A stretch of 22,688 nt of DNA from assembly GCA_038042445.1 (NCBI GenBank), contig JBBTED010000092.1:1-22688 (forward strand). Reading direction: 5' to 3'. Origin of the DNA: Candidatus Firestoneibacteriota bacterium (GTDB lineage Bacteria > Oederibacteriota > D2-FULL-39-29 > JBBTED01). Shown here piece after piece: positions 9,823-18,495 of the stretch. Made by a program: the position numbers and the translations under genes. The first letter of the stretch is position 1. Every line of letters begins with the position of its first letter. Under the pieces are notes generated by a model. The model made no database searches. It was not told where the DNA came from and saw only the letters and a list, made by a program, of their open reading frames with translations.

Positions 9823-11037
9823 TCACTTTGCATTTTGCTTTTCTATCATTGCCTGAACTTTAAGAGGCAAACCAAATAAATTAATAAACCCAGTTGCATC
9901 TTTTTGGTCATACAATTTACCTATTTCAAATGTTGCAATATCTTTATTGTAAAGTGAAAATTTGGATTTTCTACCCACTACAATACAATTACCTTTATAA
10001 AGCTTCAACCGAACTGTACCTGTAACATTTTTTTGAGTTGTTTTAATAAACGCATCTAATGCTTCCTTTATAGGTGTATACCATAAACCATAATATACAA
10101 GTTCAGCATATTTTGAAGCAACAAGCTCTTTGTAGTGCAATGTTTCCCTATCAATAGTTAAAGATTCCAATTCATGATGCGCAGTATAAAGAACAGTTCC
10201 AGCAGGACATTCATAAACTCCTCTTGATTTCATTCCAACTAATCTATTTTCAACTATATCAATACGACCTATACCATTTTCACCAGCAATTTTATTTAAC
10301 TTTTGAATTAAACTAACGGCATCATAGGTTTTTCCATTTATTTTTTTTGGAATGCCTTTTTCAAAATAAATTTCTATATACATCGGATGATTTGGAGCTT
10401 TTTCAGGTGAATTTGTCAAAACAAACATATCCTCTTTTGGTTCATTCCATGGATCTTCAAGTATTCCACCCTCAAAACTTAAATGCCACAAATTCTTATC
10501 CATACTATACGGCTTTTTTTTAGTCACAGGAACTGGTATTTTATGTGCTTTTGCATAATTTATAGCATCTTCTCTTGATTCAATTTCCCATTCTCTCCAA
10601 GGAGCAATAATTTTAAGATTTGGTGCTAATGCTTTAAATGTAAGCTCAAACCTAACCTGATCATTACCTTTTCCTGTAGCACCATGTGCTACTGCATCTG
10701 CATTTTCTTTTTTAGCAATTTCTACAAGACGTTTTGCAATTAAAGGTCTTGCAAATGAAGTTCCTAACAGATATTTACCTTCATATATCGCATTTGCCAT
10801 CAGTGTCGGGAAAATAAAATTTTCCACAAATTCTTTTTTTAAATCTTCAATGTAAATTTTAGATGCACCACTTTTAATAGCTTTTTCACGTAAAGGTTTT
10901 AGCTCCTCACCCTGTCCTAAATCTGCAGCCATTGCTATAACTTCACAACCATAATTATCTTTGAGCCAAGGAATTATAACTGAAGTATCCAATCCTCCGG
11001 AATACGCCAATACAACTTTTTTTATTTTATCTTTCAT
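9823..11037 (-). CDS. argG: Argininosuccinate synthase
   Basis: [45 protein letters not shown]. Confidence 0.98.
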   Translation of the reverse strand: MKDKIKKVVLAYSGGLDTSVIIPWLKDNYGCEVIAMAADLGQGEELKPLREKAIKSGASKIYIEDLKKEFVENFIFPTLMANAIYEGKYLLGTSFARPLIAKRLVEIAKKENADAVAHGATGKGNDQVRFELTFKALAPNLKIIAPWREWEIESREDAINYAKAHKIPVPVTKKKPYSMDKNLWHLSFEGGILEDPWNEPKEDMFVLTNSPEKAPNHPMYIEIYFEKGIPKKINGKTYDAVSLIQKLNKIAGENGIGRIDIVENRLVGMKSRGVYECPAGTVLYTAHHELESLTIDRETLHYKELVASKYAELVYYGLWYTPIKEALDAFIKTTQKNVTGTVRLKLYKGNCIVVGRKSKFSLYNKDIATFEIGKLYDQKDATGFINLFGLPLKVQAMIEKQNAK

Positions 11038-11054
11038 TTAAAATCCTCTTCTAC

Positions 11055-11138
11055 GTCATTCCCGCGAAAGCGGGAATCTAGTGTCTTTAAAAAGACTCTG
11101 GATGCCCGATTACTTCACTCGGGCATGACAATCTTGTC
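11055..11138. repeat. GTCAT...ATGAC palindromic element containing a dRS3-like ATTCCC-N8-GGGAAT core
   Basis: GTCATTCCCGCGAAAGCGGGAATCTAG, central hairpin GTCTTT-AA-AAAGAC (11083-11096), second arm ATGCCCGA..TCGGGCATGAC, tail GACAA-TC-TTGTC. Confidence 0.78.
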
Positions 11139-12256
11139 TAAAAATTAAAGAAATAGTATTTAGCTCCAAATCCATAGTATGTTCCACTCTTTACTGTATA
11201 TTCAGGAGCTATTTTTGTGTCTACATCGTCAAATTTCATTGTCATACTTGGTAAATAATAGCTCTCAAAAAACATTGAGTATTGTTTTGTAAATTTAACT
11301 TCCATTCCAAATTTATATGCAAAATTACCTGGATTTAATGGCCAGTTGTGATATGATATCTCTCCTGTATCAAAACTTCCATCAGTTTTCTTAAGTCTAT
11401 AAGTTCCAGTTAATTCAACATAATTGGCACTTAAACCTGCACCACCATAAAGGACAATTGGATCAATACCCATTCTGATAAGTGGAATTAACGTTAAGTT
11501 ATAGTCATTAACCTTTTGTACTGCAAGCAATGTATAGGTGCTATTAAATATAGAATCATCAAACCTAGTAATAGACCAATCACCTCTGCTAAAAATTGCA
11601 TCTACACCAAAACTAAAGTTTTTCGAAAACTGCATTCTTTGCACGAAATGAAACAAAAATGCTATTTGCATTGCTTTAGATTTTTCCTGTAAATTAAACC
11701 AACCTTTATCTCCAGCTGATGAAACATATAACTGAGAATCAGCGCTATATGTTCCTATTCTTATTCCAACACCTAATGAACTCTTAGAAGGATCCTCACC
11801 TCTGAATTCTTCTGCCCAAATTAAACCACCTGTGCTTACATCCTTAAGTTCAAGGTCTACTATAACTTCATCTACAGAAGTAGTAACTTTTCCAAACAAA
11901 AATGCGTCTACACTTAACAATTTTCCAACTTTTTTCATTTCACCAACTTCAGTTACACCAGTTAGACTTAATGTCTGTTCTTTTAACAATACATCTAATG
12001 CTTTACGGTCTACAACTGTAAATTTACCTGTTTTGGCAATTTTACGACTAACTTTTTCTTCAACATTCTTAATATCTATATCTTTACCATATTCAAATGT
12101 AGTTATTGCAATTGTTTTAATTCCTCCAACTTTATCAATAGTAGAAGGAAGCTGTTGTAATGCATCATCTACCATTGTATTTAAATCATATGCAAATACA
12201 CCTGGAACATAAAACACTGCAACTATTGCACATACTACAAATAAACAATATTTCAT
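11138..12256 (-). CDS. CsgG/HfaB-like domain fused to a C-terminal outer-membrane beta-barrel
   Basis: Signal peptide MKYCLF...VFA; FTVVDRKALDVLLKEQTLS..G...VGKLLSVDAFLFGKV...LKDVSTGGLIW (CsgG-like); C-terminal amphipathic strands ending YYFFNF. SD GGAGAAGG supports ATG 12256; the ORF-track extension to 12325 runs through a repeat. Confidence 0.75.
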   Translation of the reverse strand: MKYCLFVVCAIVAVFYVPGVFAYDLNTMVDDALQQLPSTIDKVGGIKTIAITTFEYGKDIDIKNVEEKVSRKIAKTGKFTVVDRKALDVLLKEQTLSLTGVTEVGEMKKVGKLLSVDAFLFGKVTTSVDEVIVDLELKDVSTGGLIWAEEFRGEDPSKSSLGVGIRIGTYSADSQLYVSSAGDKGWFNLQEKSKAMQIAFLFHFVQRMQFSKNFSFGVDAIFSRGDWSITRFDDSIFNSTYTLLAVQKVNDYNLTLIPLIRMGIDPIVLYGGAGLSANYVELTGTYRLKKTDGSFDTGEISYHNWPLNPGNFAYKFGMEVKFTKQYSMFFESYYLPSMTMKFDDVDTKIAPEYTVKSGTYYGFGAKYYFFNF

Positions 12257-12278
12257 AGCTTTTACCTTCTCCTTTTTT

Positions 12279-12345
12279 TTGTCAATGCGAGCGATAGCGA
12301 AGCAATCTCGGGATTGCTTCGTCACTTCGTTCCTCGCAATGACAA
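12279..12345. repeat. TTGTCA...TGACAA palindromic element (GCGAG/GAAGCAATC type, RPE-like)
   Basis: TTGTCAATGCGAG..CGAAGCAATCT-CG-GGATTGCTTCG..CTCGCAATGACAA long imperfect inverted repeat. Confidence 0.78.
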
Positions 12346-12348
12346 TAC

Positions 12349-12753
12349 CTACTGGTGAACTATAATAACTATATAAGTATTACCTTCATCAGATGAAATA
12401 TGAATCATACAATATTCAGATTTATCTCTTATAAAATGTAAAATCTGTCCGGTTTTTAAAACTTCAAGATTACCGGAGTGTTGCAACAATTTCCATTGAT
12501 ATTTTACCATATTATTACGATAAAAATCTATAACAAATTCAGGTTTGAGTTTTGATTTATAAATATAAATATCTGAATTTATTTTGTCAAATTTTCGTAC
12601 AAAATGATTTTGCAAACTAAAATCATTAGAAATTGGAAATTCTAATGCTAAAGCATTACTGAACAAAACAAATAACAGCATAGCTACCCACGAACCAATT
12701 CGTATCAGGCAAAAGGTGCGAGGTTTTGGTCTGTAGAACTTCATTTTTTTCAT
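12349..12753 (-). CDS. Hypothetical exported/membrane-anchored protein coupled to the TadE-like cluster
   Basis: Hydrophobic segment WVAMLLFVLFSNALA followed by a small alpha/beta domain (VIDFYRNNMVKYQW); 4-nt overlap with the upstream tadE-like stop. Start uncertain. Confidence 0.6.
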   Translation of the reverse strand: MKKMKFYRPKPRTFCLIRIGSWVAMLLFVLFSNALALEFPISNDFSLQNHFVRKFDKINSDIYIYKSKLKPEFVIDFYRNNMVKYQWKLLQHSGNLEVLKTGQILHFIRDKSEYCMIHISSDEGNTYIVIIVHQ

Positions 12754-13214
12754 TTTTTGAACACTGAATTACTTCCTGGAATTCCATAATGCCAGGTATC
12801 TGATGCAACTATACATTTTTCTGATAAATATACTGGTAAAGTTGGAATCCCTAAAATTTTTCTTGGAAGAATTAAATACTTAATTTTCACAACTCTATTG
12901 AAATCTGGATAATAATTATCTGCCTTTGCATAACTTGTATCAATGCTAATAACAGAATTTGTCAGTATAGTTCCTGCCTGCAGTTGTGGTGAAGTGTGAA
13001 ATAAGAAATCTCGTACTTTCGCTTTAACACTTAATGAAGGTTCACCATCCCTAAGCAACCATACACCATACCTCGTAGCCATTTGTAATTTTGATTTCAC
13101 TACAAAAACATACGAAAAATATGATACTCCTACCCACATTAATATAAATAAACCTATAGTCATTACAAACTCTAATAATGCCTGACCAATATTATTATGC
13201 CGCAGTTTAAACAT
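12750..13214 (-). CDS. TadE-like minor pseudopilin
   Basis: Class III signal IGQALLEF, hydrophobic helix, then LQMATRYGV. Confidence 0.8.
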   Translation of the reverse strand: MFKLRHNNIGQALLEFVMTIGLFILMWVGVSYFSYVFVVKSKLQMATRYGVWLLRDGEPSLSVKAKVRDFLFHTSPQLQAGTILTNSVISIDTSYAKADNYYPDFNRVVKIKYLILPRKILGIPTLPVYLSEKCIVASDTWHYGIPGSNSVFKK

Positions 13215-13218
13215 ATAT

Positions 13219-13965
13219 TTAATGAAGTATTAGTCCATTTATACCTGGAATTTTGACACTAATGGGCATAAGCTTTGCATCAAATGTTGGATCCCAAAGC
13301 CCGCCCCCAAGGTATTTTAATATCTTACTTGTATTTTTATCATCATTAAACGCACACGCTTGCGATACTGCAATTATAGGTTTATTAAATTTAATAATTT
13401 TACCCCAAAATAATGAAGGAGTTTTTTTTGTTGCAATTAATCGTATAAAAGGACCATCACGTGTTTGATCTTCCCAATAATTTGGTGTATCTTTTACCAT
13501 ATGGAGTGGAATTTCCCCAAAATATTGTCTTCGCACACGCAATGAAAACATTTTAGAATCTCTTAAACCAGTTGGTAAAGGAAGACATTTTGCATTATCG
13601 TCATTTTCCTTAAAAACTTTATATGCAGCTAATGCTGAAGCACCAGCAAAAGAAGTCTGAGCTGCAAGTTGTGCTTTTTGAATACTTCTTATTAATACCA
13701 TATCCGCAGTTCCACTTACTATTGCCTTCAAAATATCTCCACCTGTAGCAGCAAGTAATGCATAATTTAAATCGGATATAACATTTAAACCGCGTGCCTG
13801 CCATATTGCAGCAGTTATAGCAGCAGAATCAACAGCATTTTGCAATTTTATCTTCTCATAAACAATAGAACCAATATTAAAAGTAACCATTACAAACAAA
13901 TATAAAACGGTTAATAATATCAAAATTGGAATTAATATCTGTCCTGATAACGTATTATTTTTCAA
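13219..13965 (-). CDS. TadG-like (Flp pilus assembly Tad domain) protein
   Basis: SGQILIP plus hydrophobic helix, then KIKLQNAVDSAAITAA..QARGLN, typical of TadG-related N-termini. Confidence 0.78.
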   Translation of the reverse strand: MKNNTLSGQILIPILILLTVLYLFVMVTFNIGSIVYEKIKLQNAVDSAAITAAIWQARGLNVISDLNYALLAATGGDILKAIVSGTADMVLIRSIQKAQLAAQTSFAGASALAAYKVFKENDDNAKCLPLPTGLRDSKMFSLRVRRQYFGEIPLHMVKDTPNYWEDQTRDGPFIRLIATKKTPSLFWGKIIKFNKPIIAVSQACAFNDDKNTSKILKYLGGGLWDPTFDAKLMPISVKIPGINGLILH

Positions 13966-14332
13966 TTTTCATTCTACAGGTAGCACTTATTGGTATATAA
14001 GACAAAAAATTTTTGAAAATAGGTATGGTTGGTTTAAATGGATAAATAACTTTTACAGATAATTCATTACCATTTTTAGTTGGTATAACCAAAGATAGAA
14101 GTGCATTCTCTTTGGACAAAGCAGACAATATTATTGTACTGGCTAATTTAGCATATAAAGTATGATTGTCGTGAACAACTGCAGCACGAGCAGCAGAATA
14201 AGCAGCATAATTTACTAATATTTGCGCGTTATAAATCAATGCTAACTGAATAATTATAAATATTAAAAGTATTGCAACAGGCAGGACAATCAAAGTCTCA
14301 ACTAATGCCTCTCCTGTTTGTAATTTGAACAT
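13955..14332 (-). CDS. TadE-like minor pseudopilin
   Basis: [12 protein letters not shown]...IIQLAL...[17 protein letters not shown] lies within the trpB 3' end behind an AGGGGA SD. Confidence 0.82.
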   Translation of the reverse strand: MFKLQTGEALVETLIVLPVAILLIFIIIQLALIYNAQILVNYAAYSAARAAVVHDNHTLYAKLASTIILSALSKENALLSLVIPTKNGNELSVKVIYPFKPTIPIFKNFLSYIPISATCRMKIEK

Positions 14333-15485
14333 CTTTATCCCCTCTTCCTGAAAGATTTACAATCACAATTTTATCTTTTTTTAATTTTGATGCTAATTTA
14401 ATTGCATAGGCAATTGCATGAGCTGATTCCAATGCGGGTATTATTCCTTCTAATTTAGATAATAATCCAAATGCTTTTAATGCCTCTTTATCTGTCACAT
14501 TTGTGTATATAGCTCTTTTTGTATCGTTGTAGAAACTATGTTCCGGACCTACACCTGGATAATCCAAACCCGCAGAAATCGAATGCGTAGGTAAAATCTG
14601 ACCATTTTTACTCTGTAAAAGATAACTCATACTTCCATGTAAAACACCAACACTACCTGCACACAAAGTCGAAGCATGTTTTCCTGTATTTATCCCTAAA
14701 CCTCCTGCTTCCACACCAATAAATTTAACATTTTTGTCTTTAAAAAATGGATAAAATAATCCCATAGCATTACTACCACCGCCTACACATGCAATAAGAT
14801 AATCAGGCAACCTCCCCTCTAATTCCAAAATCTGTTTTCTTGCTTCTTTACCTATAACAGATTGAAAATCACGGACAATCATAGGATACGGATGAGGTCC
14901 AGCAGTTGAACCAATAAGATAATAGGTGGTTCTAACATTTGTCACCCAATCTCTGATAGCTTCATTCATAGCGTCTTTTAATGTGCGTGTACCAGAACAA
15001 ACAGTTCGGACATTTGCACCAAGTAGTTTCATTCTATAAACATTAAGTGCCTGCCTATGGACATCTTCTTCACCCATATAAATTTCACACTTTAATCCAA
15101 ATAATGCCGCCACAGTTGCAGTTGCAACTCCATGCTGACCAGCTCCGGTTTCAGCAATTATTCTTTCCTTTTTCATAATTTTAGCCAATAATGCCTGTCC
15201 CAAAGTGTTATTTATTTTATGTGCACCAGTATGATTTAAATCTTCACGTTTTAGATATATTTTTGCCTTGCCTATATATTTACTAAATCTTTGAGCAAAA
15301 TATAATGGTGTTGGTCTACCATCATATTCTTTTAGATAGTAATTTAATTGAGTAATAAATTTTTTATCTTTTTTGATTTTCTGATAAGTATTCTCAAGAA
15401 CAGCTAATGCAGGCATCAATGTTTCAGGCACAAACTTACCACCATATTTCCCAAAATGTCCAAATCTATCAGGAGTATTTTGCAT
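14298..15485 (-). CDS. trpB: Tryptophan synthase beta chain
   Basis: [15 protein letters not shown] (PLP Lys), [38 protein letters not shown]. Confidence 0.98.
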   Translation of the reverse strand: MQNTPDRFGHFGKYGGKFVPETLMPALAVLENTYQKIKKDKKFITQLNYYLKEYDGRPTPLYFAQRFSKYIGKAKIYLKREDLNHTGAHKINNTLGQALLAKIMKKERIIAETGAGQHGVATATVAALFGLKCEIYMGEEDVHRQALNVYRMKLLGANVRTVCSGTRTLKDAMNEAIRDWVTNVRTTYYLIGSTAGPHPYPMIVRDFQSVIGKEARKQILELEGRLPDYLIACVGGGSNAMGLFYPFFKDKNVKFIGVEAGGLGINTGKHASTLCAGSVGVLHGSMSYLLQSKNGQILPTHSISAGLDYPGVGPEHSFYNDTKRAIYTNVTDKEALKAFGLLSKLEGIIPALESAHAIAYAIKLASKLKKDKIVIVNLSGRGDKDVQITNRRGIS

Positions 15486-16095
15486 TTTTTATGAACTTTC
15501 GTAATTTATCAGGATCCTTTTTTCCTGGTTTTTTTTCAACACCAGAACTAACATCTACCGCATACGGTAAAACTTTTTTAATTGCACTTTGGACATTATC
15601 TGAATTTAACCCACCAGACAAAATTATTGGTTTCTTAAATTTTTTTACCTCTATTGCAATATTCCAATCAAAAGATTTACCTGTCCCGCCATATTTACCT
15701 TTTGCAAATGTATCCAACAAAAATGCACTGCACATTGAATAAGCATTCAAAATTTTTATATCACTCAAACGAGTTGGCCTTAAAACTTTAATTAAAGGTA
15801 TTGGAGTCAATAATTTACATAATCCCGGAATTTCTTCGCCATGAAGCTGAACTGCAGTCAACCCACATTCCTGATAAATTTTCTGTATAACTAATGGTGT
15901 TTCATTTACAAAAACTCCAATTTTAGATACAAACGGAGGCAAAGTTGCAATTATTTTTTTTGCAATTCTAACATCTACTTGACGCGGACTTTTAGCGAAA
16001 ACAAACCCTATTGCATCTGCACCAAAATCAACTGCAAGTTTTGCATCTATTTGATTAGTAATACCACATATTTTAACTTTGGTTGCATTAATCAT
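15469..16095 (-). CDS. trpF: Phosphoribosylanthranilate isomerase
   Basis: [47 protein letters not shown]. Confidence 0.97.
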   Translation of the reverse strand: MINATKVKICGITNQIDAKLAVDFGADAIGFVFAKSPRQVDVRIAKKIIATLPPFVSKIGVFVNETPLVIQKIYQECGLTAVQLHGEEIPGLCKLLTPIPLIKVLRPTRLSDIKILNAYSMCSAFLLDTFAKGKYGGTGKSFDWNIAIEVKKFKKPIILSGGLNSDNVQSAIKKVLPYAVDVSSGVEKKPGKKDPDKLRKFIKNAKYS

Positions 16096-16981
16096 CTCTT
16101 AGAAATTCCTTTAAATATATTTTTTTAGTATTAAGGCCATGCTTTAATTTTCTCATAGTTGACAATTCAATCTGCCGAATTCTTTCACGTGTCACCCCTA
16201 ATATTTTACCTATTTTTTCTAATGTCAATTGAGGAAAATCATTTAATCCAAATCTATAAAATATAACTTTTTGCTCAACCTCAGACAATGGATCTATCAA
16301 TTTCATTAATTCCTCTTTTTTAATAGCATTCATCAATGCTTCCAACGGTTCTAAACTATGTGGATCTTCCAATATATCTTTAAGATACTTGTCTTTTTCA
16401 TCACCTACAGGTGTTTCAAGAGAAATCATTCCTTCAGTTATTTTAATAATCTGGGTCACTTTATCTACAGATATTTTACATTTTTTTGTAATTTCATCAA
16501 GAGTTGGTTCAACACTATTCTTCTGCAAATATTCCTTACAAAATTGTAAATACTTAGTTATTATACCTGCAAGATGAATTGGAAATCGTATTCCATCATG
16601 TGTCTGATTTGCTAACGCGCGAATTATTGATTGTTTTATCCAAATTGAAGCGTAAGTAGCAAATCTACAACCTTTATTAGGCGAAAATCTTTTAGCCGCA
16701 TTAATCAAACCAATATTACCTTCTTCTATTAAATCCAAAAATGGCATTCCATAATACACATATCTCTTAGCATACATAATTACTAAACGTAAATTCGCAT
16801 TTATTAGTTTTTTTCGAGCTGCTTCATTACCCCGTAAAGATTTCTTCCCAAGTTCTATTTCTTCCGCAGGTGATAATCTCGGAACACGCAATATTGAACG
16901 CAAATAAAGCTTAATACCATCCGTAGTAAACGACTCTCTTTTTATAAGTTTAATATTTTGTTTAGTTTTTTTTATAGCCAT
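16088..16981 (-). CDS. Group 2 sigma-70 factor (RpoS/RpoD-like, no region 1.1)
   Basis: Region 1.2 DGIKLYL, region 2 ANLRLV..AKRY, DLIEEGNIGL, region 4.2 TLEKIG...GVTRERIRQIE; sits downstream of surE-pcm as rpoS often does. Confidence 0.88.
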   Translation of the reverse strand: MAIKKTKQNIKLIKRESFTTDGIKLYLRSILRVPRLSPAEEIELGKKSLRGNEAARKKLINANLRLVIMYAKRYVYYGMPFLDLIEEGNIGLINAAKRFSPNKGCRFATYASIWIKQSIIRALANQTHDGIRFPIHLAGIITKYLQFCKEYLQKNSVEPTLDEITKKCKISVDKVTQIIKITEGMISLETPVGDEKDKYLKDILEDPHSLEPLEALMNAIKKEELMKLIDPLSEVEQKVIFYRFGLNDFPQLTLEKIGKILGVTRERIRQIELSTMRKLKHGLNTKKIYLKEFLRDD

Positions 16982-16990
16982 ATTTATATT

Positions 16991-17067
16991 TGGTCGGGGC
17001 GAGCCGATTTGAACGGCCGACCCCCTGCTCCCGAAGCAGGTGCGCTAGCCAACTGCGCTACGCCCCG
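16991..17067 (-). tRNA. tRNA-Pro (anticodon CGG)
   Basis: 77 nt: CGGGGCG acceptor stem, anticodon arm CCTGC-TTCGGGA-GCAGG, T-loop GTTCAAATC, encoded CCA end. Confidence 0.96.
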
Positions 17068-17079
17068 TACATATTTCAT

Positions 17080-17733
17080 TCACTTCCAACCGTATTTGCC
17101 AACTAAAGGAACAAAAACACAGCCACAAATTGACTGCTGTTCTATTTTACCATTATTTTTGATAATAAGCATCAAAGTTTGTGAAAAAGATTCTCCAACT
17201 GGAATTACCATTTTACCATTATCTTTCAGTTGGTCAATTAACGTTTGTGGAATTTCAGGAGCAAATGCAGTAACAATAATTCTGTCAAATGGCGCAAACT
17301 CTTGTAAACCCTCTGTTCCATCACCTGTATTTAGAATTATATTATTATAATTTAATAATTCAAGAATATGTTTTGCTTTTTTATGGAGTTTTTCAAATCT
17401 TTCAATACTATAAACATGCTCTGATAATTCTGCTAATATTGCTGTCTGATATCCTGACCCTGTGCCAATTTCAAGTACAGTTTCTTTTTCAGTTAATTCC
17501 AATTTATCAGTCATCAAAGCTACAATATATGGCTGTGAAATAGTTTGATTTTCTCCTATTGGTAAAGGATTATCATCATACGCTGATTGGACAAACTTAT
17601 CTTCCACAAATAAGTGTCTTGGAACTTTACGCATAGCAGATAATACTCTTGGATTACAATTGCCGCGGTTTTCTATTTGCTCTTTTACCATCAATTCCCT
17701 TTCTTTTCGGCAATTGTATAAATCTTCTTTCAT
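17080..17733 (-). CDS. pcm: Protein-L-isoaspartate O-methyltransferase
   Basis: VPRHLFV, QTISQPYIVA, VLEIGTGSGYQ, APFDRIIVTA, FVPLVG; ATG 17733 overlaps the surE stop (ATGA). Confidence 0.96.
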   Translation of the reverse strand: MKEDLYNCRKERELMVKEQIENRGNCNPRVLSAMRKVPRHLFVEDKFVQSAYDDNPLPIGENQTISQPYIVALMTDKLELTEKETVLEIGTGSGYQTAILAELSEHVYSIERFEKLHKKAKHILELLNYNNIILNTGDGTEGLQEFAPFDRIIVTAFAPEIPQTLIDQLKDNGKMVIPVGESFSQTLMLIIKNNGKIEQQSICGCVFVPLVGKYGWK

Positions 17734-18479
17734 AGTTTCCATTTTTTTAGAACCTTTAATGCATCCTCATCTGTTAAATCAAGATGAAGTGGAGTTACTG
17801 AAACCATATTTTTTTGAATAGCATAGAAATCAGTATTTTTATTCTGTTCAAATATTGGCTCTTCTCCACCTATCCAGTAGTAATTATTTCCTCGTGGGTC
17901 CTGTTTTTTTACAATTGTATCCCTATATATTCTTTTTCCCTGACGTGTTATCATTATCCCGCCTAATTGTTCCTTTGGCAAATTGGGAATATTAACATTA
18001 AGCAAAGTATCTTTTGGCAAACCATTTTTAAGAACTTTTGAACATATATTAACAACTATATCTTCTGCTGCATCAAAACAATAATCTTTTCTTCCAACCA
18101 TTGAAAAACTTACTGAAGGAATTCCAAGTAATGCCCCTTCCATTGCCGCAGATACAGTTCCTGAATAAGTTATATCATCACCCAAATTAGCGCCTTTATT
18201 TATTCCTGCCACAACCAAATCCGGACGTTTATTTTTCAACAAACCTCTTACTGCATATATAACACAATCTGTAGGAGTTCCATCAACACTAAATACATTT
18301 TTTGAAATTTTTACTACACGCAAAGGATGAATTAATGTTAATGAATGAGATGCAGCGCTTTTTTCCTTATCCGGTGCAACAATACAAACCTTGCCAAGTT
18401 TTTTTAAAAAATTTGCAAGAAAATGCAAACCTTCAGAATGCACACCATCATCATTTGTTACAAGAATTGAAATACTCAT
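17730..18479 (-). CDS. surE: 5'/3'-nucleotidase SurE
   Basis: ILVTNDDG, DGTPTDCV, GINKGANLG, YSGTVSAAMEG, SVTPL. Confidence 0.97.
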   Translation of the reverse strand: MSISILVTNDDGVHSEGLHFLANFLKKLGKVCIVAPDKEKSAASHSLTLIHPLRVVKISKNVFSVDGTPTDCVIYAVRGLLKNKRPDLVVAGINKGANLGDDITYSGTVSAAMEGALLGIPSVSFSMVGRKDYCFDAAEDIVVNICSKVLKNGLPKDTLLNVNIPNLPKEQLGGIMITRQGKRIYRDTIVKKQDPRGNNYYWIGGEEPIFEQNKNTDFYAIQKNMVSVTPLHLDLTDEDALKVLKKWKL

Positions 18480-18495
18480 TTTGAAAAGGGATTAT

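Noticed and set aside
12257..12325. N-terminal extension of the CsgG-like ORF as a repeat-encoded peptide
   Set aside because: A good SD and signal peptide begin at 12256, so the extension is chance read-through of the repeat.
4099..12345. Intergenic palindromes as integron attC sites or CRISPR repeats
   Set aside because: No consistent RYYYAAC/GTTRRRY ends, no identical repeat-spacer periodicity, and one copy sits between the core genes argG and argH.
16958..17350. Plus-strand 130-aa ORF
   Set aside because: Antisense shadow of tRNA-Pro and pcm.
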